Assembly (NCBI GenBank): GCA_016840085.1
Contig: JAEOTA010000071.1
Span: 1 to 10,758 of the forward strand
Length of the DNA stretch: 10,758 nucleotides
From: Promethearchaeota archaeon
GTDB taxonomy: Archaea; Asgardarchaeota; Lokiarchaeia; Sigyniarchaeales; SOKP01
Reading direction: 5' to 3'
Below, piece after piece: positions 1 to 8,299 of this stretch. Each line of letters begins with the position of its first letter. Position 1 is the stretch's first letter. Below the pieces are notes generated by a model. The model had not been told where the DNA came from. It did not search any database and saw only the letters and a list, made by a program, of their open reading frames with translations. The translations under genes were made by a program, and so were the position numbers.

Positions 1-28
1 ATAAAAATAAAATTATTATTACTAAATT

Positions 29-475
29 TTATAACTCTAAAACTTGGAGTCTTGAATATCCATCTTTTATGAAATCATAGTCAAGAAGTTCTATTTTCTC
101 AGGTATAATTTTCAATATAAGTTTCCTTCTTCCACGGACAATTTTTTGAGCTTCTTCAAATCCTTCATCTCCTTCCCTTAAAAAGATTAAATTCTCTTTC
201 CCGGAGGCAGTGATTTGTATACCTTGAATTTTCCCTTCTGATAATGGTGTGTAAATACCTATACTAATATTCGGATTTTCCTCCATATTTTTAATCTTTC
301 TTCCAGGAGCAGGACCAATATAAATATTAAAACTATCTTTCTCTGTATAAAAATCCATGGGTGTTGCACGAGGAATATTATTGCTACAAGTACAGAGAAC
401 CAATACTTTCCTTTCATCTAAAAATTTACGAATCTCTCTTTTAAGTTCTTCTTTAGGCATTTCTTGATTATCCAT
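29..475 (-). CDS. Pyridoxamine 5'-phosphate oxidase-like (FMN-binding split barrel) family protein
   Basis: 148 aa ORF. VLVLCTCSNNIPRATPM, GRKIKNMEENPNISIGI and GIQITA match the L-x-T...P-x-x-x-P, K-x-x-N-x-x-x-N-P-x-V and G-x-Q patterns of PNPOx-like proteins. Substrate unknown. Confidence 0.8.
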   Translation of the reverse strand: MDNQEMPKEELKREIRKFLDERKVLVLCTCSNNIPRATPMDFYTEKDSFNIYIGPAPGRKIKNMEENPNISIGIYTPLSEGKIQGIQITASGKENLIFLREGDEGFEEAQKIVRGRRKLILKIIPEKIELLDYDFIKDGYSRLQVLEL

Positions 476-575
476 TTTTAAAATCTCAACTTAATCTAAT
501 TTAGATTAATATTTTGAATGAATAAATGTAGTTAAATTTTTGAGATGTATTCAAATATGACTTAATTTTTTTTAA

Positions 576-725
576 AATCCAACTTTTACCAGAATTACCA
601 GAGAGGAGACAATTGCTCAACGAATAACTAATCTAGTGTTTTGTAAAATACATGATGAAATTAAAAAAAATCCTGAAGAACAGGTTTCTTTTCGTGTTGA
701 GGTAATTGAAAGCAAAAATCCTTGA
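576..725 (+). pseudogene. Possible start-less gene remnant (49 codons)
   Basis: Stop-to-stop open frame NPTFTRITREETIAQRITNLVFCKIHDEIKKNPEEQVSFRVEVIESKNP* with protein-like composition. It follows a T8 tract and a TAA at 573-575 and has no upstream start codon. No family recognised. Confidence 0.25.
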
Positions 726-787
726 AGTTTTCCAATTTCCGAATCTAAGTGATACTTTTTAAAATAAAAACCATTTCTTTTTATTGA

Positions 788-2083
788 ATGAACTTACCCG
801 CAATATTATTGATCTTGGTTTTATTTGCGATTTTGATGGCCTTTTTTTCTCAAGATAAGATCGATTTTTTCCCTATTGCATTACTTATAGGAGCGATCGC
901 AGTAGTTTCAATGCTCACTTTTACTAATGTTAAAGAGGAAGAAATTCTTGGATTTATCGATTTTAGTACTTTAATCTTCATATTTGCAATGCAGATAATC
1001 ATCTATTTTGCAATTCATGACAGTGTTTTAGAATATTCCGCGATCAAATTGATCCATATCACGAAAGGGAATAACCGGTTATTCTTCTATATGATTTGCT
1101 TGTTTACAGGGATTATGGTTGCGTTTATCGAAGATTTAACCCTTGCGTTAATATTAATTCCATTGATCTATAGGACATGCCGAGTTTTAGAGATCCCTGC
1201 TGGTACCTACATGATGGGGGTGACCATTACTATAAACATCGGCGCAATACTCACGCCTATCTCGAGCTTAAAAAATTTGATAATTGGCAAGGAATTTGGG
1301 TGGGGTTTTAGTCAGTATCTTGCCAATATGGGTATTTTATTTTTAATTACGTTAATATCCACCATTTTTTTGATAGATTGGTTCATATTGAAAAAAGAAG
1401 AAAAACCAACTGAGAAAAATAAGCAGATACTATTATCAATGCTCGATCCAGGAATTGTAATCCAGAATAAAAAGTTCTTTATAATGACAATTATCATTAT
1501 CCTAGCCACTTTTGTATTTATGTTCATAGGTTTCGAACCTGCCCTTGTCGCTATCATATCTGCAGCAATTCTTCTTCTTATTCACTCTAAGAATACTAAA
1601 TTCTCGGATCTTAAGAGTGAAATCTCATGGAGAATCATCATTATTTTTGCGATTTTGTTCATCCTTGCGAATTCTTTATCAAGATTTGGCTTTTCAGAAT
1701 TGATCGCGACAGGCCTGATAAGTTTGGTAAATGATAACATTTATCTCGCCGTATTGATAACATTAAGCATCTCTTCTCTCTTGTCCGCATTTCTTGCAGG
1801 TACACCCGTTACCATTATCCTTCTCCCTATTTTTTCGGCAATCATAGGCGAAGGTTTCTTTCCTAACCCGATCATCATTGCTTTCATAGGCGGTGTTAAC
1901 ATGGCAGGTAATTTTTTACCGCAAGGTTCTGCTTGTGATCTTCTCACCTTGTCAATGGCAAAAGAATACAAAGTAGTGAATTTAGATTACAAGCGTTTAC
2001 TGAAAAATGGCGCGCTTTTCGCGGCGCTTCACTTCTTAATTATATTGGGATATACAATGATTTACACTTTAATTTTTAGTTAA
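788..2083 (+). CDS. Ion transporter (IT) superfamily permease, ArsB/NhaD/SLC13/CitMHS-like
   Basis: 431 aa with about 11-13 hydrophobic segments in two repeated halves. Motifs IDFSTLIFIFAMQII, AFIEDLT, NIGAILTPISSLKNLII, ISWRIIIIFAILFIL and NMAGNFLPQGSACDL are divergent versions of the IT-family NxGGxxTPxGxxxN hairpin motif. Confidence 0.85.
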   Translation: MNLPAILLILVLFAILMAFFSQDKIDFFPIALLIGAIAVVSMLTFTNVKEEEILGFIDFSTLIFIFAMQIIIYFAIHDSVLEYSAIKLIHITKGNNRLFFYMICLFTGIMVAFIEDLTLALILIPLIYRTCRVLEIPAGTYMMGVTITINIGAILTPISSLKNLIIGKEFGWGFSQYLANMGILFLITLISTIFLIDWFILKKEEKPTEKNKQILLSMLDPGIVIQNKKFFIMTIIIILATFVFMFIGFEPALVAIISAAILLLIHSKNTKFSDLKSEISWRIIIIFAILFILANSLSRFGFSELIATGLISLVNDNIYLAVLITLSISSLLSAFLAGTPVTIILLPIFSAIIGEGFFPNPIIIAFIGGVNMAGNFLPQGSACDLLTLSMAKEYKVVNLDYKRLLKNGALFAALHFLIILGYTMIYTLIFS

Positions 2084-2215
2084 GAGATTTAAAATTAAAA
2101 TATACTCATTCGTTTTTTATTGAGAATACGATAAAATTCTTTTAATCATGAGAAATAAATACCGAGAAGTGTTTAAAGCTTTGAAATTTAGTAAAAAAGA
2201 TACTAATTTTTCTCT

Positions 2216-3364
2216 TTAAAACCCTACTATATTCGAATGGGAAAAAGTCTTATCTGAATCTACAGCATCTTGTACATAAGGAGAGATAGGTCCATTTGCT
2301 AACACCATAATTTTTATCTTAGATCCCATATCTGGTTTGTTTTGAACTCCAAATTTTAATTGAGCTTCTTCTGGTATTCCATCTGTAATAGTAGAAATAA
2401 TCTTATCTACTTTGGATAAAGGTAAACTATGATCACCGGTAACTGACACAATACATCTCTGAACTTGACTTGTATCTGGTTTTAAAAGTGGATTATTCAA
2501 TGCTAACTTTGATTTTTCTACTAAATCCGAATCATCTCCTATTGATTCTGCAATGCCAACTAGACCTGTCGGATAATTTTCTCGCTTTACAAATATTCTT
2601 TTCACATCAGCAAAATCAATATTAACTAAACCACAATTATTAATTAAATTAACTACTTCTCCAATATTTCTAATTAAAACTTCATCCATTATTTTAAATC
2701 CTGTTATCATTGGAATTTTACCGACAATTTCCAAAAGATTGTCATTAGGAATGGGTATGAGAAAATCAGAATTACTTGCGAGACTTCTAAGACCTTCTTT
2801 TGCTCTTACAGCTCGTTGAGTGCCTTCCGATTTAAAAGGAAGGGAACAAAAAGTAACAACGATAGCATTATTTCTTTTTGCCTCTTCAGCGATAATTGGA
2901 GCTGCTCCAGTCCCAGTACCTCCACCCAAACCACATGTTAAAAAGATTATATCAGCACTTAAAATTTCTGCCAATCTTTTTTTATCTTCTAAAGCAGCTT
3001 CTGCACCTACACTAGGGTCATTTCCTGAGCCTAATCCATTACATCTTTCTTTTCCAATTAAGATTTTATGTTTTGCATTCGAATAGTATAAATCATGGGC
3101 ATCAGTATTTATATTTACAGTTTCAGCATTATTTATACCCATGTCCTCTAATCGTGATATTGTATTATTCCCAGCACCTCCAACTCCAACAACCAATGAT
3201 TTAATTTTTAAAACTTTTAATAAATCTGCTAAATAGCTATCATCATCGCATTTTGGATTTGAATTAGGATTTCGATTAGCATCAGCTATTTCATTGAATC
3301 TTTCCCTCACTGATGATCGATTTTTAGCTAATTTTGCTAAATCAAAAAGTTCATCAACACTCAT
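2216..3364 (-). CDS. ftsZ: Cell division GTPase FtsZ (archaeal FtsZ1-like)
   Basis: Contains VVGVGGAGNNTI, NTD, GLGSGNDP, the tubulin signature GLGGGTGTG, PFKSEG..R, IPND and an intact T7 loop GLVNIDFADV. The N-terminal DDDSYLADLL helix resembles archaeal FtsZ1. Confidence 0.97.
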   Translation of the reverse strand: MSVDELFDLAKLAKNRSSVRERFNEIADANRNPNSNPKCDDDSYLADLLKVLKIKSLVVGVGGAGNNTISRLEDMGINNAETVNINTDAHDLYYSNAKHKILIGKERCNGLGSGNDPSVGAEAALEDKKRLAEILSADIIFLTCGLGGGTGTGAAPIIAEEAKRNNAIVVTFCSLPFKSEGTQRAVRAKEGLRSLASNSDFLIPIPNDNLLEIVGKIPMITGFKIMDEVLIRNIGEVVNLINNCGLVNIDFADVKRIFVKRENYPTGLVGIAESIGDDSDLVEKSKLALNNPLLKPDTSQVQRCIVSVTGDHSLPLSKVDKIISTITDGIPEEAQLKFGVQNKPDMGSKIKIMVLANGPISPYVQDAVDSDKTFSHSNIVGF

Positions 3365-3626
3365 AAGATATTATTAAAAAAATAAGGTTTTTTATAATAC
3401 GAGAACGATATCAGAATAATATATGAAAGTAATATTGGTGTAATATCTTCTCTAATTAAATGAGTGCTTTTTAATAATATAATAAGATATTCTCGAATTA
3501 TTATAGATCTTTGATTAAAATAAAATATCTAATAATTTCTGAATGATGGAATGTGGTAATGTAATTCTTATATGAAATTTAAGTAATATATCAATTTTTT
3601 CGTCTGAAATAAAGGACAAGTCATTG

Positions 3627-3644
3627 GAAAAAAAAGTTTATATA
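3627..3644 (+). promoter_or_regulatory. Putative archaeal BRE + TATA box for the zinc-ribbon gene
   Basis: A purine run (g, poly-A, g) is followed directly by TTTATATA (3637-3644), 39 nt before ATG 3684. The AT-rich background lowers specificity. Confidence 0.5.
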
Positions 3645-3683
3645 CCTAAATTTCCATGATCATCATACTTGGGGTTATATTAT

Positions 3684-3923
3684 ATGGAAATCGATAATAC
3701 TCAAAATAGAAGTAAAAACGCTGTAAGCACGTCGGAAAGTAGCGATTTAATTAAAGTCAGAGCTATCATCAGTTGTCCAAATTGCGGTTACAAGAAAAAA
3801 TTCAGAAATCAATTTCATAGAAAAGATCTGGAATTACTTACGGTTGCTGTAAAAGTGTTTGAGTGGCTCACCTGTAACAAATGTGGTGAACTTTTAAAGT
3901 TAGATTTAGAGTTTAATGTTTAA
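3684..3923 (+). CDS. Small C4 zinc-ribbon protein of unknown function
   Basis: Two CxxCG knuckles (CPNCG and CNKCG). ATG at 3684 is preferred over TTG at 3669 given the TATA position. Confidence 0.75.
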   Translation: MEIDNTQNRSKNAVSTSESSDLIKVRAIISCPNCGYKKKFRNQFHRKDLELLTVAVKVFEWLTCNKCGELLKLDLEFNV

Positions 3924-4003
3924 GAATTATAAAATATAAAAGAGATATTATAAACTTTCTCATTTTTGGTTAAGTCCCTAACGTTTCAATTTATAAGTTC
4001 AAG

Positions 4004-4432
4004 TCAATGTAATTCATATTTATATCTAACTATCCTATTAAATTCTTTAAATCCACATTTTTCATAAACTTGTCTTGCAGGTTTATTGAAATCGTCAGTA
4101 CTAACATATATATGTGAAAAACCTTTGTTATAAGCTACTTTTATAGCGTATTTTGTAAGTAATGTTCCGACTCCTTGATTTTGGAAATTGGGTTTTACAT
4201 GTAGTTCACGAATTTCGGCCCAATTAATGATATCATCATCAAAATATGCAGATTCTTGTCCTTTTATGATTGTGATATATCCAACTATTTCTTTAATCAC
4301 GGCTACATAAATCCAACCAATTTTCTTACACTCTTCTAGAGCAAACTTGAAATCTTCATCAAATTTCTCAATAGGGATAAAATCTTTTTCATGAAACTTT
4401 CTAATCACAGGTTTGAAATTTGGATTATCCAT
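4004..4432 (-). CDS. GNAT family N-acetyltransferase
   Basis: Acetyl-CoA-binding motif A LHVKPNFQNQGVGTLL and C-terminal NKPARQVYEKCGF. Confidence 0.92.
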   Translation of the reverse strand: MDNPNFKPVIRKFHEKDFIPIEKFDEDFKFALEECKKIGWIYVAVIKEIVGYITIIKGQESAYFDDDIINWAEIRELHVKPNFQNQGVGTLLTKYAIKVAYNKGFSHIYVSTDDFNKPARQVYEKCGFKEFNRIVRYKYELH

Positions 4433-4514
4433 ATTAAAATTATTTAAGGTGATTGAAATTTCGATGTATATTTATGTTACTATTAGTTTTTTTAGGGAAA
4501 AAAGTATTGCTTCT

Positions 4515-5825
4515 TTATATATCAAGAATTATTTGACCATATGTACCTCCTCCTCCGGGAGTATACTTGATTTCGTTATTTCTAACTGCTTTTATGATTG
4601 ATGCTATATCTGGATTGAAATCTTGAATTTTATTAATCGGATTATCAAATAATATTTCAAATTCAGTCCCAACTTCTTTAATTATCTTTCCATATTCATT
4701 TAGGACGGATTTACTTGTTTTACTTTTTATTCCTTTCACTGAACGGATTATATCTATTAACGGCACGGCATTTATATAAGGTGGCCTATGATCTGGATGC
4801 TTTGGTTTCTCATGTTGCGAAATTGTTTCAATACGTTCGCTTACTCCTAATTTAATTTTGAAACTTCTATTTTTTTCTTCTTTACAGGCTGGACAATTCA
4901 TCTTATTTTTAGAAACTTGTTCTAAATAGTCCAATCTAGAAGAGTTGGGATCATTCACATAGTATATCACAAAATTATCTGTTATTGTATATTGATTAAA
5001 GATTGCATTTACTTTTTTCTTCGTTTTTCTAAATAATATTCTTCTCCTACATTTATAACAAAACATATTATAGTATTTCCCAAGCTTAGGATGAAGACCT
5101 ACATTTAGTATTATTTTTCTACTCTCTTTTCTTTTTATCGCTAACATAATTTCTTCATAAGATGGATTATCAATATCGAATCTATTAAATTCTCTACCTA
5201 AAGAACGAGGATCTTGTGAATGTGCATCGCTATTACTTAAAAAAGATACATTTTTCAAACATTCCAGTCTATCTGCTAAATTAGTATTAGCAGAAAGCCC
5301 TAATTCAATGAAATTTATCTTATTAACGGCATCAGCATAACATCCTTCAAGTGTTTTGAATTTATTCTGTCTAAATATAGCTTTAAAAGGAGTAAAAGCA
5401 TGAGCAGGTCCAATTAAAGCACCAGCATCTGTAATTATATCAACTAATTCAGGAGGGGATAAATTTACTCTTGGTCGCCCGCCCCATTCATTTAAAATAT
5501 TTTTAGAATAAGGCTCTAATTTTTTTTGGATTTCTCTAACCATTTCAAAATTCTCGAAGAAAACAACTTCATGCACGCTTTCATTATCTTCTATCTCAGT
5601 TTGGAGGATAAAATAAACATCCTTATAAATATAAGATCCATCTTTTGCTTTCTTGAGTTTGTTTTCAAGGTATTTTAGCCAATCTGGTTGTAGAACATCA
5701 CCTGTAGCTAAGATGTTTAATCCTTTTTTCTTACAAGTTTCAATCATCGTATCTAAATTTAATGATTTCGACACTCCAATAGAATGTGGAGAATGAATAT
5801 GTAAATCAGCGTTGAAAACATCCAT
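4515..5825 (-). CDS. Endonuclease Q-like PHP-domain protein (TIGR00375 family)
   Basis: ADLHIHSPHS, TGD, VH, GRP, GPAHAFTP, ELGLSA, SNSDAHS, LGREFN, LGKYY, Zn ligands CYKC/CPAC, GVSERI, HPDHRPPY and C-terminal PGGGGTYG occur in the order known for archaeal EndoQ. Confidence 0.9.
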   Translation of the reverse strand: MDVFNADLHIHSPHSIGVSKSLNLDTMIETCKKKGLNILATGDVLQPDWLKYLENKLKKAKDGSYIYKDVYFILQTEIEDNESVHEVVFFENFEMVREIQKKLEPYSKNILNEWGGRPRVNLSPPELVDIITDAGALIGPAHAFTPFKAIFRQNKFKTLEGCYADAVNKINFIELGLSANTNLADRLECLKNVSFLSNSDAHSQDPRSLGREFNRFDIDNPSYEEIMLAIKRKESRKIILNVGLHPKLGKYYNMFCYKCRRRILFRKTKKKVNAIFNQYTITDNFVIYYVNDPNSSRLDYLEQVSKNKMNCPACKEEKNRSFKIKLGVSERIETISQHEKPKHPDHRPPYINAVPLIDIIRSVKGIKSKTSKSVLNEYGKIIKEVGTEFEILFDNPINKIQDFNPDIASIIKAVRNNEIKYTPGGGGTYGQIILDI

Positions 5826-5884
5826 CAGTTATTAAAAACCTTAATTGAATAAAAAGATTTTAATAATGTGTTAATTATTTTGAA

Positions 5885-6934
5885 TTAATTTACTATTATC
5901 ATTTTATCTTTCGTTTGATCAGTTAATAACACGCGGTAATATTCTAATTCATTTTTGTAATTTACTTTTTCTAATTTTCCTTCAACAAAAACTGTTTCTC
6001 CTTCCTTAGCATGCTCACAAAAACGTGCTCTAAAGGAATTTACTTCCAGAATATCTTTGAAATTAATTTCATTTAAAAGGAAATTTTTTCCTAAGATTTT
6101 TGAAGTATTAATTTTATAAGAACAAGGAGTAAATATAGAATCTTTGGAATCAAGGATTAAAGCTTTGAGTTTAACTCTTCCACAATTTTTAAATTTGTAA
6201 TCATAATATGTTCCTTGCCAGTCATTAGGGCTTTTTATGTATCTTATAAAAAAGTCAATTCCATCAAATTTACCTTGATGTAGCTTCCTTTGTTCACTTC
6301 TAATATAATCATTAAAAGTAATATCTGAGCCTCCAAATCTCCAGTTATAATGAGATTCGTACTCCTTAGAATTATACTTCCTACATTTATTAGATTCTTT
6401 AAAAATTTTGATCAATTTTTTTTGGAATTTTAGACCCCTTTCAGTACCATTTATTATGATATCAATATCTGAATCATCTTTGTCTAAACCTACCATTAAA
6501 GAACCAGAAATACCTATTGAGTTTTCAGGAATATCTCCTTTGCTGATAAATAAATCACATAATCTTTTGGAACAATTCTCTATTTGTGTTAGATTAGCCT
6601 TTTCATTTAGACCGTTGAAGTATTCTCTAGGGGTATAAATTTTTTTAATATCTTCATTTCTAACTGTTTGTAATTCCATATCTAAATCTTTGGAGGAATA
6701 TAAGTATTTAGGAAATTTTTCTCTTAAAATAGAGAATCTCTCACTAAGATCATATACTTTTTTAAAAAATATTCCATCTTTAATTCTATCGCCATCAGGA
6801 TGAGGATAAAATCTTAAAAAGCAGATTTTTCTTTCATTTGGATGGTGTATCCCTTTAACATCAAAAAAGAGGTTATCTTTTTTTGTTTCAATATAATCTC
6901 CTTCTATTCCCTCAGGAATGTTCAAAACGCTCAT
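5885..6934 (-). CDS. Predicted nucleotidyltransferase (Pol beta superfamily, COG1665-like)
   Basis: GISGSLMVGLDKDDSDIDIII carries the hG[GS]x9-13DhD motif. N-terminal FFDVKGIHHP..R...LRFYP and a C-terminal OB-like EGETVFVEGKLEKV segment fit this archaeal family. Confidence 0.8.
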   Translation of the reverse strand: MSVLNIPEGIEGDYIETKKDNLFFDVKGIHHPNERKICFLRFYPHPDGDRIKDGIFFKKVYDLSERFSILREKFPKYLYSSKDLDMELQTVRNEDIKKIYTPREYFNGLNEKANLTQIENCSKRLCDLFISKGDIPENSIGISGSLMVGLDKDDSDIDIIINGTERGLKFQKKLIKIFKESNKCRKYNSKEYESHYNWRFGGSDITFNDYIRSEQRKLHQGKFDGIDFFIRYIKSPNDWQGTYYDYKFKNCGRVKLKALILDSKDSIFTPCSYKINTSKILGKNFLLNEINFKDILEVNSFRARFCEHAKEGETVFVEGKLEKVNYKNELEYYRVLLTDQTKDKMIIVN

Positions 6935-6945
6935 GTTATTGAAAA

Positions 6946-8082
6946 TTAATATTTGGAAGGAGTTTTAGTTTTAATTTGTGAGGGAGCCTTCGTTTTAATC
7001 TTTCTTAGTTCTCTTTCAAATTTTCTTTTTTCATTTAGAAATCTTTGTTTATCCTTTTCTAATTTTTCTCTCTCACGTTTAATAAAGTTTTTTTCTCTTT
7101 CTAAGTTTGTTTTTTCTTTTTCTAACTGTCTATATTCATTATTTAATTTTTTAAATTTTTCCTCTAAATTTGGAATTTTGCGAGTTAAGGAGTTATATTT
7201 ATTTTCGGCAGCAGGGACTTTTCTTTCTATTTCTTTTAATCTTGCTTCTTGTTGTCGTCTTCTTTTTTCCAAATTACTTACGTCGCTTTCTACTTTATCT
7301 TTATACTTTTTTAGATCTGCTTTTTTCTTATCAATTTCGCGAGTTTTTAGATCTAAGTCTTGTTTTTTATAACGTGTTTTTTCTCTTGCTTCTTTTAATT
7401 TTCTCTTTTCATCAGAAATTCGATTTTTTTCATCTGAAATCTCTCTCTTTAGGTTATTTATTTCCCTATTTAAGTTATCCCTTTCTTTAATTAAATCTTT
7501 AATTTCATTTCTTAAATCCATTAATTTATTTTCCAAATCATTAATAGTTCTGTTCAAAGCTTCTTCTCTTCTTTCCATTCCCGGAAATTTTGTTTTAATT
7601 TGCTTGATGCGGTCTTCTGTTATTGTTTTTTCCTTATCGAGTAATTTTTTCTCGTTACCAATATCTTCTCTGAGTTTATCTAATTTCTCTCGAAATCTTT
7701 CTAATTCAGCATTTTTTTGATCTAATTCATCATTTTTTCTTCTGATTTTATCTCTGAATTGTCGTTCTTTAGTAGCAAGTTGATTTTTATGTTGTTCAAT
7801 TTGATTTTTCGCTATTTTTAATTCATCCTGTAAGATATCCCTTTTTTCAAGAAGGTATTTAACTTCAAGTTCTTTTTCTTTTCTTTTTTTTTCAAGGTCT
7901 TCAATGTTGTCTTTATAATCTTGAAGCTGTTTAAGAACTTTTTCCCATTCACTCTTTTCTTTATCTAATTTGATTCTTTCTTTTTTTATTTTTTTTAGTA
8001 ACTTTTTATTAGAAAGTGTTTCAATTTCCTCATCAGGTGTTTTTTCTTGAATTTGATATTTGGGAAGAGGTTCATCATTCAT
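6946..8082 (-). CDS. Long Lys/Glu/Arg-rich coiled-coil protein of unknown function
   Basis: 378 aa, nearly continuous heptad pattern, with no ATPase motif, TM segment or signal peptide. Stops 11 nt before the nucleotidyltransferase start. Confidence 0.8.
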   Translation of the reverse strand: MNDEPLPKYQIQEKTPDEEIETLSNKKLLKKIKKERIKLDKEKSEWEKVLKQLQDYKDNIEDLEKKRKEKELEVKYLLEKRDILQDELKIAKNQIEQHKNQLATKERQFRDKIRRKNDELDQKNAELERFREKLDKLREDIGNEKKLLDKEKTITEDRIKQIKTKFPGMERREEALNRTINDLENKLMDLRNEIKDLIKERDNLNREINNLKREISDEKNRISDEKRKLKEAREKTRYKKQDLDLKTREIDKKKADLKKYKDKVESDVSNLEKRRRQQEARLKEIERKVPAAENKYNSLTRKIPNLEEKFKKLNNEYRQLEKEKTNLEREKNFIKREREKLEKDKQRFLNEKRKFERELRKIKTKAPSQIKTKTPSKY

Positions 8083-8236
8083 GATATTTCTACAATTTAC
8101 TTTATCTTTTAATAAAATTATATAATTATTAGCTCTAAAGTGTTTGCTATCTGAAATTATATTATTTAAATTTTTCTATGTGTTTAATCGATTTATATAT
8201 TAATTATTATTTCTATAATGTTCATAAAGAAAATAT

Positions 8237-8291
8237 AAAAAAACTATATAAATAATCTCTAAAATTATTAATTTTAATAGGAATGTAGGTG
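8237..8291 (+). promoter_or_regulatory. Putative TATA box (TATATAAA 8245-8252) and Shine-Dalgarno-like AGGTG (8287-8291) for the Ubl gene
   Basis: An A-run precedes TATATAAA, and AGGTG lies 8 nt upstream of ATG 8300. Confidence 0.45.
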
Positions 8292-8299
8292 TTGAATAT

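Noticed and set aside
1312-1971. Minus-strand ORFs 1312-1557 and 1741-1971
   Set aside because: Antisense shadows inside the well-supported permease gene, with no recognisable motifs.
2820-3086. Plus-strand 88 aa ORF with a PVPVPPPKP stretch
   Set aside because: Antisense of ftsZ. The prolines are the reverse complement of the GGGTGTG codons.
4413-4601. 62 aa plus-strand ORF
   Set aside because: Overlaps both the GNAT start and the EndoQ end on the opposite strand, has a TTG start and shows no motifs.
6408-7490. Plus-strand ORFs 6408-6638, 6953-7372 and 7170-7490 (Phe/Leu/Ser-rich, membrane-like)
   Set aside because: Their composition is what the antisense of Lys/Glu-rich genes produces, so they are probably not real membrane proteins.
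6946-8082. SMC/Rad50 assignment for the coiled-coil protein
   Set aside because: No Walker A/B, signature motif, hinge or CxxC hook.
8116-8127. Perfect palindrome aattatataatt
   Set aside because: Composed only of A/T in a very AT-rich intergenic region, so it is likely to occur by chance.
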